A stretch of DNA of 64,000 nt from Candidatus Zhuqueibacterota bacterium (GCA_049322915.1 JBMOPW010000016.1:167971-231970); one strand, 5' to 3'; shown: positions 30,072-40,295, counted from the first letter of the stretch. Notes: generated by a model from the sequence alone, not told the origin. Translations and numbers: made by a program.

Positions 30072-31469
30072 TTAAAACATCCGATCCCACGGGGCTAACA
30101 GAATGGGTTTCTGTTTCAGAATTTCCAGCACGTCCGGAGAGACGAAAGTCTTGTGCACCACGAGACGGAACATGTAGTCATCGAACCAATCATCGGTCAT
30201 AATCAGAAAACCATTATAACCGCTGGATTTGCCCCAACTATTTTCCAGCAGCCATTTGGTGGTGGAACCGTCAGCCGTTGTGTCCACGCCCACCAGGGAC
30301 ATGCCGTGGCTGGAGCCGCTGTCGTAGGTCTGAATGCGCTCGACTTTATCCATTTCAAATTTTACTCCGTAAATGGATTCATAGTCGTACAATCCTGGAC
30401 GTAGAATGCCAGCGTCCCGATCCAACTGTTTCCCCACATCGCACGAAAAATACATGGCTTCATCGGCAAGGATGGAGGCTTTGGCAAATTTCTTGATAGC
30501 GTCCGTGGGCAGATTGATGAACGTCCAGTTCTGCCGATCCGCCATGTTTCGGTCGAATTTTATCTCGTACAATTTGAAATACGGCCGGGTGGGATCGTTC
30601 ATGAGCTGAACGTAGTCGCGGAGATTGATGGCAACGATTTCCTGATAGAACGCTTGCGGCGTGTATGTTTTGGGCGCAGAAATTTTACCGTCTTTATCCT
30701 CATAAATCCAAGTGAATTCTTTGGGCGGTAGACCCAGGTTGATGACGAGCATGCGGTAAATTTCAGCCAGCATGCTCACTTTCTCGCTGCGCAACTCCGA
30801 AACCGTCCGGCCCTTTTTGTGCAACTCGCGCAGCGTCAGTCCCTGGCTCTTCAATTTGCTGGAAACAAGTCGGCGCATCATGCCGGTATTTTCGCTGTTG
30901 TAACTCTCCGCCATGGCGTCCTTCGGCACAGCGCCATATTTCCCGATCAGATCCACGGCATAATTCCAGATGCCGCCGTCCTGCAGGGGATTCTTGAACA
31001 GCCACTCCACATCGCGGTCGTCCATTTTCTGGTCCCGGGTGCTGATGATGCCCTCCAGAAACAGATTGGCCTTTTCTAACTGATCCCAGAAGAACAAATA
31101 ATTTTCAGAAAATTGAAATTCCTTGAGATTGTTCTTTTTGATGATCTGAGGACGCAGCACGTTGAGCGACGTGAACAGCCAGCATCGGCCGGACGACTTC
31201 TGGTCCGTGATGGCGTCGGTTTTAATGCGATGGGCGAAGAAGTGATCGGTCTTGCCAACCAGTTCCCGGTTTACAGCCAACTCCTGAATATTGTTGTTAG
31301 AGACGGCGTTCATGATGGCGCGGGTCGGGCCGTCCAGTTTGAACGATGACTCAATCGTTCGCAGCATGGTTTCAGAAATGGCGCTTTCGGCCTGTTGCGC
31401 CAGTGCGTTGGCGCTGAATAGCGGGATTAAAAATAGACAAACTGCCAAAACCATAAAATACCGTTTCAT
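30072..31469 (-). CDS. pepC: Aminopeptidase C / bleomycin hydrolase (peptidase C1B), with signal peptide
   Basis: DQKSSGRCWLF, FFWDQLEKAN, DGG.W, SHGMSLVG, ENSWG, LAPWD. Confidence 0.93.
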   Translation of the reverse strand: MKRYFMVLAVCLFLIPLFSANALAQQAESAISETMLRTIESSFKLDGPTRAIMNAVSNNNIQELAVNRELVGKTDHFFAHRIKTDAITDQKSSGRCWLFTSLNVLRPQIIKKNNLKEFQFSENYLFFWDQLEKANLFLEGIISTRDQKMDDRDVEWLFKNPLQDGGIWNYAVDLIGKYGAVPKDAMAESYNSENTGMMRRLVSSKLKSQGLTLRELHKKGRTVSELRSEKVSMLAEIYRMLVINLGLPPKEFTWIYEDKDGKISAPKTYTPQAFYQEIVAINLRDYVQLMNDPTRPYFKLYEIKFDRNMADRQNWTFINLPTDAIKKFAKASILADEAMYFSCDVGKQLDRDAGILRPGLYDYESIYGVKFEMDKVERIQTYDSGSSHGMSLVGVDTTADGSTTKWLLENSWGKSSGYNGFLIMTDDWFDDYMFRLVVHKTFVSPDVLEILKQKPILLAPWDRMF

Positions 31470-31727
31470 CCTGGTTCTCCTTGAAATGGATTATTGGGGA
31501 CACGAAAAAGCGGTTCAGCGCAGAGAAAATTTTTCGGCTTCGTCATTGATTCACTGCGCGACGCTCGATTGGAGTTGAGATCATGAGACAAATGAGTATT
31601 ATAAAAATTTAATTGACAAAGTCAATCGAAATTATTCTGAGTGATGCCCGCGCTGGATGCCTATCCAATGCGATCAGGTGACTATAAATCTAAATCGCAG
31701 AAACGACCATAGTGTTGTGGTAGAAAT

Positions 31728-31757
31728 AAAAAACGCCCTGTTCAAAATAAGGGCGTT
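31728..31757 (-). terminator. Rho-independent terminator after the ECF operon
   Basis: AACGCCCT...AGGGCGTT stem followed by a T-run on the minus strand. Confidence 0.6.
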
Positions 31758-31831
31758 GAAAATTTTTGTCGTGAGTGAAAGAAAAGGCAGCATGCGTCGC
31801 GCTGATTGAGAATCGTTCCATCGCTGGAAAA

Positions 31832-32401
31832 TCACTCCGGCCGTTGTTGTTTCGACGAGTCCGCGGGAGGAGCGCCTCCATCCTCCTGTCGTTCCGGGCC
31901 AGACCTGTGGTTTTTCCGATGATCCCCTCCGATCATCATTTTGGCAAATGTCGATTTGAATTTATTCCACTGTTCATCGTTCAAAATGGCGCGATGCTTC
32001 ATCAGGTTCTTCATGGAGTAAAATTGAATCTGTTTCTGAACGGTGGAAATCGACTCTATCTTTTCGTTGATTTTCAAAGTATCGAGGGTATCCTGTTTGA
32101 GTAACTCGGTGAACTCGCGACGTTCGTCGCGCAACTCAGTCATCAGCGTTTTGAATCCTTTGAAAAATTCAGATCGCAGCGCATTCATCTGCTCTGTCTG
32201 TTGAGGCGTTAAGTTCAAATCTTTCGCCAGTTTACTCTCAAAGGACTGTCGGCGATCCGAATCGCTTTGGTCTTTAGCATATTCTTTTGGAATCGATGGT
32301 CTGTCGTGCTGAAACCAGCGATAGTAGCTGAATGTGACAATGGTCGAAATATTCAGGATGATCGAAAAGAACAAGAGCCAAATCAGTGCTTTTCTGCTCA
32401 T
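31832..32401 (-). CDS. Spy/CpxP/ZraP-like periplasmic sensor or chaperone
   Basis: N-terminal TM (SIILNI); LNLTPQQ and ILNDEQW motifs. Confidence 0.8.
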   Translation of the reverse strand: MSRKALIWLLFFSIILNISTIVTFSYYRWFQHDRPSIPKEYAKDQSDSDRRQSFESKLAKDLNLTPQQTEQMNALRSEFFKGFKTLMTELRDERREFTELLKQDTLDTLKINEKIESISTVQKQIQFYSMKNLMKHRAILNDEQWNKFKSTFAKMMIGGDHRKNHRSGPERQEDGGAPPADSSKQQRPE

Positions 32402-32898
32402 TTGTTTGTACCTTTTGGTTCATTATTATCGGCAATCATGGATGCATAAATTTCACTCACAGAATTCGCAGGCAGATCGGAAAATGAACTGACAGATGTT
32501 TGCTGCTCCATTTCCTGTTCCAGCGTGATGGAGATTGGCGCGTTGGCATCTTTATAAATGCTCTTACCCAGGTAAATTCCGATCATAATCCCGATGAGGA
32601 ACACCAGTGTCGTGATGACCGGTTTTGGCAGCAACGAGAACGGCGCAGCCAGCCTGTCGATGAACCGCTTTTGCGCATCCTGCCTTTGGATCCGATGGGA
32701 TAGCCTGGCCCAGAAATAGGGCGCGCTCGTTATGGTCTCCGCGTTCGATAGCTGGGACCATACCTGTTCCATCCGGCGCAGAATCGCCGAGCAATCCGGA
32801 CATTCCCGCAGATGGCGCTGAATGTCCAGCTTCAGGGATTCGCTCACTTCGCCATCCTGAAAGGCGGATAATTTTTTTTTGACCTGGTGACACTTCAT
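32398..32898 (-). CDS. Zinc-finger (zf-HC2) membrane anti-sigma factor
   Basis: MKC....LSAFQDGE...HLRECPDC and a TM helix; GGAGG RBS. Confidence 0.88.
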   Translation of the reverse strand: MKCHQVKKKLSAFQDGEVSESLKLDIQRHLRECPDCSAILRRMEQVWSQLSNAETITSAPYFWARLSHRIQRQDAQKRFIDRLAAPFSLLPKPVITTLVFLIGIMIGIYLGKSIYKDANAPISITLEQEMEQQTSVSSFSDLPANSVSEIYASMIADNNEPKGTNK

Positions 32899-33042
32899 AT
32901 CGTTAACCTCCAGCATATTAAACACAGTGTCAGGATAAAACTTGCGGTGGTTTTCTCCGACGAATTTCAGGGGCGCTGCCTGTCAGAGCATTCACTGAGG
33001 GAAATGCGGCGCCGGCTTTTGTTTGAAGTAAAGTCACAGGAC

Positions 33043-33648
33043 TCATTCCATCCTGTTGAGGCTTTTCAACTTCCTCTGCAAATTGAGTTTTGCCCGATGC
33101 AGTCGCGATTCGATCGCTGAGACAGTTGTATTCAGGACGGCGGCGATCTCCTGGTACGAGAGTCCTTCATATCGGTGCAGAATGACGACTGTCTGCTGAT
33201 TCTCTGGCAGGGACTGAATAGCTTGTTGAACGAGCATTTGCAGCTCTTTCTTTTCAAGTATGATATCAGGCTGCTCTTCGCTGATGAGGTCGGGTAGCCG
33301 ATCCCCGGTTGTCTGGCCGGATTCGAACTGGTGATTCAGCGAAAAGAAGTTCAGGATTTTTTTCCGACGCTGAAAATTGAGGCAGACATTCACCGTAATC
33401 CGGTACAACCAGGTGGAGAGCGATGCATCCGGACGGTAGCGCGGCGCAGCGTTCAAAATTCGAATGAAGACATCCTGGGCAATGTCTTCTGCATCGTTTT
33501 TATTGCCGACGAAACGGTAGCATAAATTGAGAACAGACAATTTATGCTGCTCGACAATCTCCCGAAATGCGGACTCATCGCCCTGCTGGAATCGAAGCAT
33601 CAGTTTTGTGCCAGTATCTTCCATTCGTGGTTTTTCGAATATATTCAC
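33043..33648 (-). CDS. ECF RNA polymerase sigma factor
   Basis: GDESAF, AEDIAQDVF, STWLYRITVN, YEGLSYQEIA, SRLHRAK. Start may be 33624. Confidence 0.93.
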   Translation of the reverse strand: MNIFEKPRMEDTGTKLMLRFQQGDESAFREIVEQHKLSVLNLCYRFVGNKNDAEDIAQDVFIRILNAAPRYRPDASLSTWLYRITVNVCLNFQRRKKILNFFSLNHQFESGQTTGDRLPDLISEEQPDIILEKKELQMLVQQAIQSLPENQQTVVILHRYEGLSYQEIAAVLNTTVSAIESRLHRAKLNLQRKLKSLNRME

Positions 33649-33810
33649 TTTTCATTCAATTACGCGACCTATGCACGTTGAAACTCAATAAAAGATGCAC
33701 ACCTGATTTTATGACGACCGGCCCAGATCTTTTGTTTTGACATCGCACCGACAGGCGCGCGGGACTGCGGATTGCATGCGCGCCCCATCTCCGTTCGGCC
33801 AGAGATTGAA

Positions 33811-35502
33811 TTACTGAATCGTGAATCCAATGACGCGATAGTTGAACTCGTACGCCAGGCTGTTGCTCCATGCCGGCGCCAGAATGGTCTTGAAGCGCGT
33901 GCCATCGTCTGGGCCCACCGGTTTTCCGTAGGAATAGAACCAGTTCACAATGGGACGGCCGGAGAATCCCAGCGCGATCCAGTAGCGTCCCGGGGATATT
34001 GTGGGAGCGTCAGTTCCGAAATCAAAATCGACCCAATCGTAGCCCGGCGTGAATTTGATCTGATCCAGGCTCATCATCTCGCTGGTGGCAAGGGTCGCCC
34101 CGGGCAGGCCATTTTCATCCTTCAACAATTCCAGCCAGAGAAATCCGTTGCCGCCAAATTTGTGCAGCACCACCCCAATCTTGTTTGTCTTCATGGGTCG
34201 GTTCAATACAAAAACCTGGGCGTATTGCGCCTGCTCTGTGACATACTCCGCGGTCTCGACTAAAAAGTTCTTGCGCATCTCGAAATTATTGCCATCGGTG
34301 CGGGTCGCCGGTCCCCGAACTGCCAGGAAATCGACGTTGGCGGGAAATTCCAGATTGCCAAACATGAATGGTTTCGAGTAGGTCAGCACTTTCAATTTTT
34401 CTTCCGGGATTCTCAGCGGCGGCGCCTTTTTTTCTACCGGCACCGGCTGAAAGATGGCCTGAACCGAAGGCGTGAGCAGCAGTTTGCTCGGCCCGTACGA
34501 TTGTTTCTCCGCGGCGATATTCACCTGGTCGGAGACAAATGCGGCTTCGATGGATTCCTCGAACTGCGGCGTTGCCAGATCGCCTTTCATCTGGGTCCAG
34601 CGAATGAGTCCGTCCTGCGAGGTCTCCTCGTTATCCAGCCCGACTTCGACGCGAATGAACCGATTGCTGACGAATAACTGCGTCTGCTGGGGATCGAACG
34701 GGACCCAGCCCAGGTCCGGGAAATAGACCTCAATCCAGGAATGGCGCCCTTCGGCCATTTTCAGGGTCAGGTTCTGATTGCCCATTTTTAACGTGTAAGG
34801 TTGTTTCAGGGTGATGCCATTGACGATCCGCGCCGGAATTCCCACTGACCGCAGCAACGCTGCCGCAAGATGCGAATAGTTCTGGCAGTTGCCTTTGCCG
34901 GAGTTGAACGAATACAACGCACCGTATTCCTGGGGCACCAGCACGTAATTCATGTGGTCGATCACCCAGGTGAGAATTCGCTGCACAGCGTCGAATTCGA
35001 TCCTGGCGCCGGCCGTCAATTGTTTCGCCTTGGCCATGATGGACGCATGGGTGGAAGGCACCTGCTTGGTCGCCGTCAGGTACGGACTGATATCCGCCGG
35101 GACAGCGCCTAACGGGAAAGGTGACTTTGTGGTTAGCGGTTGCAGCAGGGTTTTATTCCGCGCAATCAGGCTCACTTCGGTCGTGACCGTGGATGTCGGC
35201 TGCGTCCAGGAAACCTTGACGACTTTATTACCGCGCTCATCAGTGTACTCTTCCTGTTTATCAGGCTGTGGAAAATATCTGAAATTCAGATTGGCAATGG
35301 TCTGATTGTATGTGGGCGACTGATAAGATACCGGCACAACGTAGCTCAGGTAAAGCGTGTGAATGGCCGGATTGGGCTCAACGGTTTGCACCATTTTATA
35401 ATTGATCTGGGACTCCTGTCCGCCATTCAGCAGATAATTCTCCCCGAAGGATGGGGCGCTGAATACGATGAGCAAAACGATACTGAGAAGAATTGTTTTC
35501 AT
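33811..35502 (-). CDS. Secreted transglutaminase-like (cysteine protease fold) protein
   Basis: Signal peptide; triad GNCQNYSHL / RHSWIEVY / WVPFDP. Confidence 0.88.
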   Translation of the reverse strand: MKTILLSIVLLIVFSAPSFGENYLLNGGQESQINYKMVQTVEPNPAIHTLYLSYVVPVSYQSPTYNQTIANLNFRYFPQPDKQEEYTDERGNKVVKVSWTQPTSTVTTEVSLIARNKTLLQPLTTKSPFPLGAVPADISPYLTATKQVPSTHASIMAKAKQLTAGARIEFDAVQRILTWVIDHMNYVLVPQEYGALYSFNSGKGNCQNYSHLAAALLRSVGIPARIVNGITLKQPYTLKMGNQNLTLKMAEGRHSWIEVYFPDLGWVPFDPQQTQLFVSNRFIRVEVGLDNEETSQDGLIRWTQMKGDLATPQFEESIEAAFVSDQVNIAAEKQSYGPSKLLLTPSVQAIFQPVPVEKKAPPLRIPEEKLKVLTYSKPFMFGNLEFPANVDFLAVRGPATRTDGNNFEMRKNFLVETAEYVTEQAQYAQVFVLNRPMKTNKIGVVLHKFGGNGFLWLELLKDENGLPGATLATSEMMSLDQIKFTPGYDWVDFDFGTDAPTISPGRYWIALGFSGRPIVNWFYSYGKPVGPDDGTRFKTILAPAWSNSLAYEFNYRVIGFTIQ

Positions 35503-35834
35503 GATGACTCCCGCGCTGATTAGTAAATTCATTCAATTGCTGGATTGGAATTTATGAATTTAACAGATGATTCACAAGCGAAATTTTCGTTGAGTCCCGG
35601 AAGGGACTTCGCACATCCAGGCGCGCTGTCCGGGGCAAACAGGTTGCCGAAGACAAAATGGCGCTGGATAGTAACCGTCGCAGTCAGACTTGAAAATGCT
35701 GGTGCTTTCACTGCTTCGACCGGATGAAATATGCCATGAATATATGAAAATAATCCGGATATATCAACCACAATTTCAACGAATTTCGGCCCCGGCGCAT
35801 CATGCAATTTCACCCGGCGCGTCGAAAAAATCAC

Positions 35835-35910
35835 TTGACAAATCAATTCTAAAATTGTATATTGTTGCAAGAAAAATTTCATAATCAATAATTATGAAAT
35901 AAAAATTACA
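35835..35910 (+). promoter_or_regulatory. Sigma70 promoter plus two putative RpiR operator boxes
   Basis: TTGACA-17-TATATT (35835-35863), then TGCAAGAAAAATTTCA (35866-35881) and TGAAATAAAAATTACA (35895-35910). Confidence 0.6.
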
Positions 35911-35915
35911 TACCG

Positions 35916-36776
35916 ATGGAAAAACGAAAAGCTATCGAAAGCGCTATTCTCAATGTAGTGCCTTCGCTGCCGGCCAATCAAAAGAAAGTGGCGAATTTCT
36001 TCCTGGAACATATCGATCTTGTTGCCCTGCTGCCCATCAAGGACGTCGCCAAAAAAGCTGAAGTCAGCGAAGCGTCCATCGTCCGATTCGCTCAGATGCT
36101 CGGATATAAGGGCTACAAGGAGTTGAAGGACGAACTGACAACCACACTGAAAAGCCAGCTTTCTCCTACTGAATTCTATCAATTCGCCATCTCAGAAAAA
36201 AGTAAAACCCCGGATATTTTCAAACTTGTCGCACACAATGTCATCACCAATATCAACGATAGCATTTCGAACATCGACATGAAAACGTTCTCTCACGTGG
36301 TTGATAGCATCATTTCAGCGCAGCGAATTTATTGTCTGGGAATGGAATTGTCCCATCACCTGTCGCGGCTGATGACCTTTTTGTTGCGCCAGTACAGTTA
36401 CGATGCAAATTATATGTCAGTTGATTTTTTGCAGTACCGCGAGCAGATCGCGTACATGAACAGCGCCGATCTGCTGATTGCCTTCAGTTTTTCGCCCTAT
36501 TCCAGGGAAACGGTGGAGGCGATCGGATTTGCCAGGGATCGGGGCATCAGGAGCATCGCGTTTACGGATAAAAAAACAGCGCCTATTCGGGAGTACGCCA
36601 CCTATTGCCTGCAAATCAAAACGGACAATATCATGTTCAGCAATTCGCTGGGAGCTATTGTCACTATCATTAATGCCATCATCATTGAGTTGAATTTTAG
36701 AGACAAAGAACGGACGCTTTCCGCATTGAAGATTATTGAAGAAAATATTAAGGACGAAAGGTACTTCATCTCATGA
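35916..36776 (+). CDS. MurR/RpiR family transcriptional regulator
   Basis: HTH VSEASIVRFAQMLGYKGYKELK; SIS domain (IYCLG, AFSFSPYSRET, IAFTD). Confidence 0.93.
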   Translation: MEKRKAIESAILNVVPSLPANQKKVANFFLEHIDLVALLPIKDVAKKAEVSEASIVRFAQMLGYKGYKELKDELTTTLKSQLSPTEFYQFAISEKSKTPDIFKLVAHNVITNINDSISNIDMKTFSHVVDSIISAQRIYCLGMELSHHLSRLMTFLLRQYSYDANYMSVDFLQYREQIAYMNSADLLIAFSFSPYSRETVEAIGFARDRGIRSIAFTDKKTAPIREYATYCLQIKTDNIMFSNSLGAIVTIINAIIIELNFRDKERTLSALKIIEENIKDERYFIS

Positions 36777-37894
36777 ACGTCGATGAAAAGAAGCTGCTGG
36801 ATCTATTCATGCGCCTGATTCGCGTCGATAGCACGTCCCTCCACGAGCGGGCCATGGCGGATTTTTTAATTACTACATGCAACGATTGGAACATCAAGGT
36901 GGTCGAGGACGATGCCGCGGCCAAAGTCGGCGGCAACTCAGGCAATCTCATCATTCGTTTGTCTTCTGATTCGAACGATGCTCCACCATTGGCGCTGCTG
37001 GCGCACACGGATACAGTGCGCTCCACAGCCCAGGTGAAGCCCAACATCGAGCAGGGCGTGATTCGTTCCGATGGTTCAACAATTTTAGGAGCGGACAACC
37101 GCGGCGGTGTGGCTTTGATTTTGTACGTGATGCAGGAAATTATCGAACGAAAATTGAAACACCGCAGTCTGGAAATTGTTTTCACAGTCGCAGAAGAATT
37201 GGGAATGCTGGGGGCGCTGGCCCTGGACTACAGCCAATTGAAATCCCGGGAAGGCTATGTCTTCGATTGTTCGGCGAAACCCGGTAGCTACGTCAGCGAG
37301 TCTCCCACTGCCTACGATTTTCAGGTGACGTGCAAAGGCCGGCCGGCGCATTCTGCCGTTGCCCCGGAGAAAGGCATCAATGCCGTCCTGATGTCTCTGG
37401 ACGTCATGAATTCGTTTCCGGTCGGACGGCTCAATCAGCACACAGTGGCCAACATTGGCACGATTCAAGGCGGGACAGCCGATAATGTGGTCCCTGATCT
37501 GGTCAAAATCACCGGCGAATTTCGTTCGTTCGTTCCATCGGAAATTGATCGGCTGAAAATGATCCTGCAAAACGCGTGTCACTCAGCAGGGCAAAAATAT
37601 GGCGGTGTTTGCGATGTTGAGTTCAAGCTCAGCTTTAAGGGCTATACATTCAATTCGGCCATGCCAATGATTCGTCGGTTGCACGCGGCCATGCAGAAAT
37701 TGAATCTGGTCCCCAATGCCCTGGTCTATTCCGGGGGCAGTGACGTGAATGTGGTGAATGCCAATGGGATTCTGGCAGTGAATGTCGGGATTGGCGCCAG
37801 CAATCCCCATTCCAATGATGAACAAATCGCGATTTCAGATATGGCAAAAGGCGCAGCGTTGTTGCTGCACCTGATTGAAGCGGAGGAAGCATGA
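36773..37894 (+). CDS. M20 family peptidase (peptidase T-like), cytoplasmic
   Basis: AHTDTV, LGADNRGG, VAEELG, GRPAHS...PEKGINA, GGSD, PHSNDE. Confidence 0.9.
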   Translation: MNVDEKKLLDLFMRLIRVDSTSLHERAMADFLITTCNDWNIKVVEDDAAAKVGGNSGNLIIRLSSDSNDAPPLALLAHTDTVRSTAQVKPNIEQGVIRSDGSTILGADNRGGVALILYVMQEIIERKLKHRSLEIVFTVAEELGMLGALALDYSQLKSREGYVFDCSAKPGSYVSESPTAYDFQVTCKGRPAHSAVAPEKGINAVLMSLDVMNSFPVGRLNQHTVANIGTIQGGTADNVVPDLVKITGEFRSFVPSEIDRLKMILQNACHSAGQKYGGVCDVEFKLSFKGYTFNSAMPMIRRLHAAMQKLNLVPNALVYSGGSDVNVVNANGILAVNVGIGASNPHSNDEQIAISDMAKGAALLLHLIEAEEA

Positions 37895-38733
37895 GAAAAT
37901 TATTTTTCATTTCCCTTGTTCTGATCATGGCTCTGCTCGGCGGCGGGTCGTCTGCAAAAGAGAAAGGACATCTGCTCATCATCGGCGGCGGGGCCAAACC
38001 GCCGGACGCATTGGTCGAGTTCGTCACGCTGAGCCGGAGCGGTCACATCCTGATAATCACCTCAGCCAGCGGCGAACCGGAGTCCTACGGACCGGCGGTG
38101 GTGGAGCAATTCAAACAGGCCGGCGCCAAAAATGTGCACTGGCTGCACATCGACAGCCCGGAGATGGCGAACGCTGACTCCGTGGTGACGCGGATCGAAT
38201 CGTCGACCGGGATTTTTTTCACCGGCGGCATTCAGGAACGACTGATGCAACGCCTGGGAGGCACCCGCTCCGAGGCCGCTGTCGCCACACTCTATTTTGA
38301 AAAAGGCGGCATCATTGGCGGAACCAGCGCCGGCGCTGCAGTGATGAGCGAGGTCATGATTACCGGCAATGAATTGATCAACAAAGACACAACCGATGTG
38401 TTTTTCACCATTCAGGCAGGGAATATTGAAACGAAGCCGGGCTTTGGATTTTTGAAGAAGGTGATCATCGATCAGCATTTCATCGCGCGCAAGCGCCACA
38501 ATCGGCTCATCAGCCTTGTGCTGGAGCATCCCAAACTCGCGGGCATTGGCATCGACGAAGATACCGCGATCCTCGTGAGCCCGGACGATTCGTTCCGCGT
38601 GATCGGCACGGGATCCGTCGTGATCTACGATGCGCGCAAAGCCAAATCGGTTCGAATGGACCAATCCGGACTGTTGGCCGGCCAGGGACTCACCATGTCC
38701 ATTCTCCTCGCCGGAGATAAATTCCGCCTGTAG
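37891..38733 (+). CDS. Secreted cyanophycinase (peptidase S51)
   Basis: Signal peptide; LLIIGGG, IFFTGG.Q, GGTSAGAAVMS (Ser), IIDQHFIARKRHNRL (His), GIDEDTA (Glu). Confidence 0.88.
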   Translation: MRKLFFISLVLIMALLGGGSSAKEKGHLLIIGGGAKPPDALVEFVTLSRSGHILIITSASGEPESYGPAVVEQFKQAGAKNVHWLHIDSPEMANADSVVTRIESSTGIFFTGGIQERLMQRLGGTRSEAAVATLYFEKGGIIGGTSAGAAVMSEVMITGNELINKDTTDVFFTIQAGNIETKPGFGFLKKVIIDQHFIARKRHNRLISLVLEHPKLAGIGIDEDTAILVSPDDSFRVIGTGSVVIYDARKAKSVRMDQSGLLAGQGLTMSILLAGDKFRL

Positions 38734-38903
38734 TGTTCTTTTCACGAATCCGGTGACGCAATCGCATTTCTCAATTTTCGCGCCATCTCCGGAGACCTGG
38801 CAACAGGACGAGGGCGCTGTTCAAAGCGGCAAAATTTGGGTTCGGCGACTTTGGTCAATTCAAAAGTCCACGGTTCCTGATACATTATTGAAAACAGAGG
38901 GAT

Positions 38904-40295
38904 ATGAAAATCAAATTTAATGTCAACACACTGGTGCTGATTTATGTCATTGTCATTCTCGTCGCGTTGCTCACGTGGATTGTTCCTGGCGGCGAATATC
39001 AGCGGGAAGTCCGGGATGGGAGAACGCTGGTAATCGCTGACTCGTTCACTTACGTCGACAGTCATCCCCAGGGCATTGGCGCTGTGCTAATGGCGCCGAT
39101 TCAGGGGTTCATCCAGGCTGCGCTGATCATCGCGTTCCTGTTCGTCATCGGCGGCGCGTTCAGCGTCATTCAGTCGACTGGCGCGATTACGGCATCGGTT
39201 CAGAAAATGGCTTTCTATTTCAGCAGTAAAAAGCATCTCCAGAAGTTTTTCATCCCGGTGACCATGCTGCTCTTTTCATTGGGCGGCACCTTGTTTGGCA
39301 TGTGCGAAGAGACCATGCCGTTCGTGCTGATTTTCATTCCGCTGTCGATTTCATTGGGCTATGATTCTCTGGTCGGAACGGCCATCCCATTTCTGGGCGC
39401 TGCTGCCGGATTTGCCGGCGCGATTTTCAATCCCTTCACTGTGGGCATCGCGCAAGGCATCGCAGAACTGCCGCTCTATTCCGGCATGGAATACCGCGCG
39501 TTTGTCTGGGTGTTGAGCACTGTTTTTATGACTGCCTTTGTGATGCGTTACGCCGCAAAAATAAAGGCGAACCCGAAGCTCAGTCCGGTCTACGAGATCG
39601 ATCAGGAACGGAAACATAACCTCCACCTGAACACCAACGAACAGACTGAATTTACGCTGTACCATAAACTGGTCATTCTGATCTTCGCTCTGGCCATGAT
39701 TCTTTTAGTGTTCGGCGTGCTGAAATTCCATTGGTACATCAATGAAATTGCTGGCCTGTTTTTGGGACTGGGCATCGTGGCCGGATTTCTGGGGAAATTG
39801 TCGCTCAATCAGATGACCGACAGCTTCAAGAATGGCGCGAAAGACATGATGGGTGTGGCGCTGATCATCGGCTGCGCCAAGGCCATTCTCGTCATTGCCA
39901 ATGACGGCAAAATTCTGGATGCCATGCTGTACAATCTGGCCAGTGTCATCACTCATTTTCATCGGATTGTTGCGGCTCAATCCATGTTCGTCACTCAGGC
40001 GATCATCAATTTCTTCGTGCATTCCGGTTCAGGCCAGGCTGCGCTGACCATGCCGGTCATGGCGCCGCTCGCTGACGTCATTGGCATTTCCCGACAGACG
40101 GCGGTGCTGGCCTTTGTCTTCGGCGAAGGCTGGATCAATCCCATTCTGCCCACATCCGGCGTCACCATGGGCGTGCTGGGGCTGGCCGGCATTTCCTGGG
40201 AGAAATGGGCGAAATGGATGCTGCCGATTCAGATTTTCTTCTTCATCGTAGCGCTGCTATTGTTAATTCCACCGGTGATTTTTCACTGGCAATGA
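38904..40295 (+). CDS. YfcC family (DcuC-like) membrane transporter
   Basis: LTWIVPGGEY.R, FLFVIGG, GMCEET, NPFTVGIAQGIAELPLYSG, SGSGQAALTMP, ILPTSG. Confidence 0.9.
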   Translation: MKIKFNVNTLVLIYVIVILVALLTWIVPGGEYQREVRDGRTLVIADSFTYVDSHPQGIGAVLMAPIQGFIQAALIIAFLFVIGGAFSVIQSTGAITASVQKMAFYFSSKKHLQKFFIPVTMLLFSLGGTLFGMCEETMPFVLIFIPLSISLGYDSLVGTAIPFLGAAAGFAGAIFNPFTVGIAQGIAELPLYSGMEYRAFVWVLSTVFMTAFVMRYAAKIKANPKLSPVYEIDQERKHNLHLNTNEQTEFTLYHKLVILIFALAMILLVFGVLKFHWYINEIAGLFLGLGIVAGFLGKLSLNQMTDSFKNGAKDMMGVALIIGCAKAILVIANDGKILDAMLYNLASVITHFHRIVAAQSMFVTQAIINFFVHSGSGQAALTMPVMAPLADVIGISRQTAVLAFVFGEGWINPILPTSGVTMGVLGLAGISWEKWAKWMLPIQIFFFIVALLLLIPPVIFHWQ

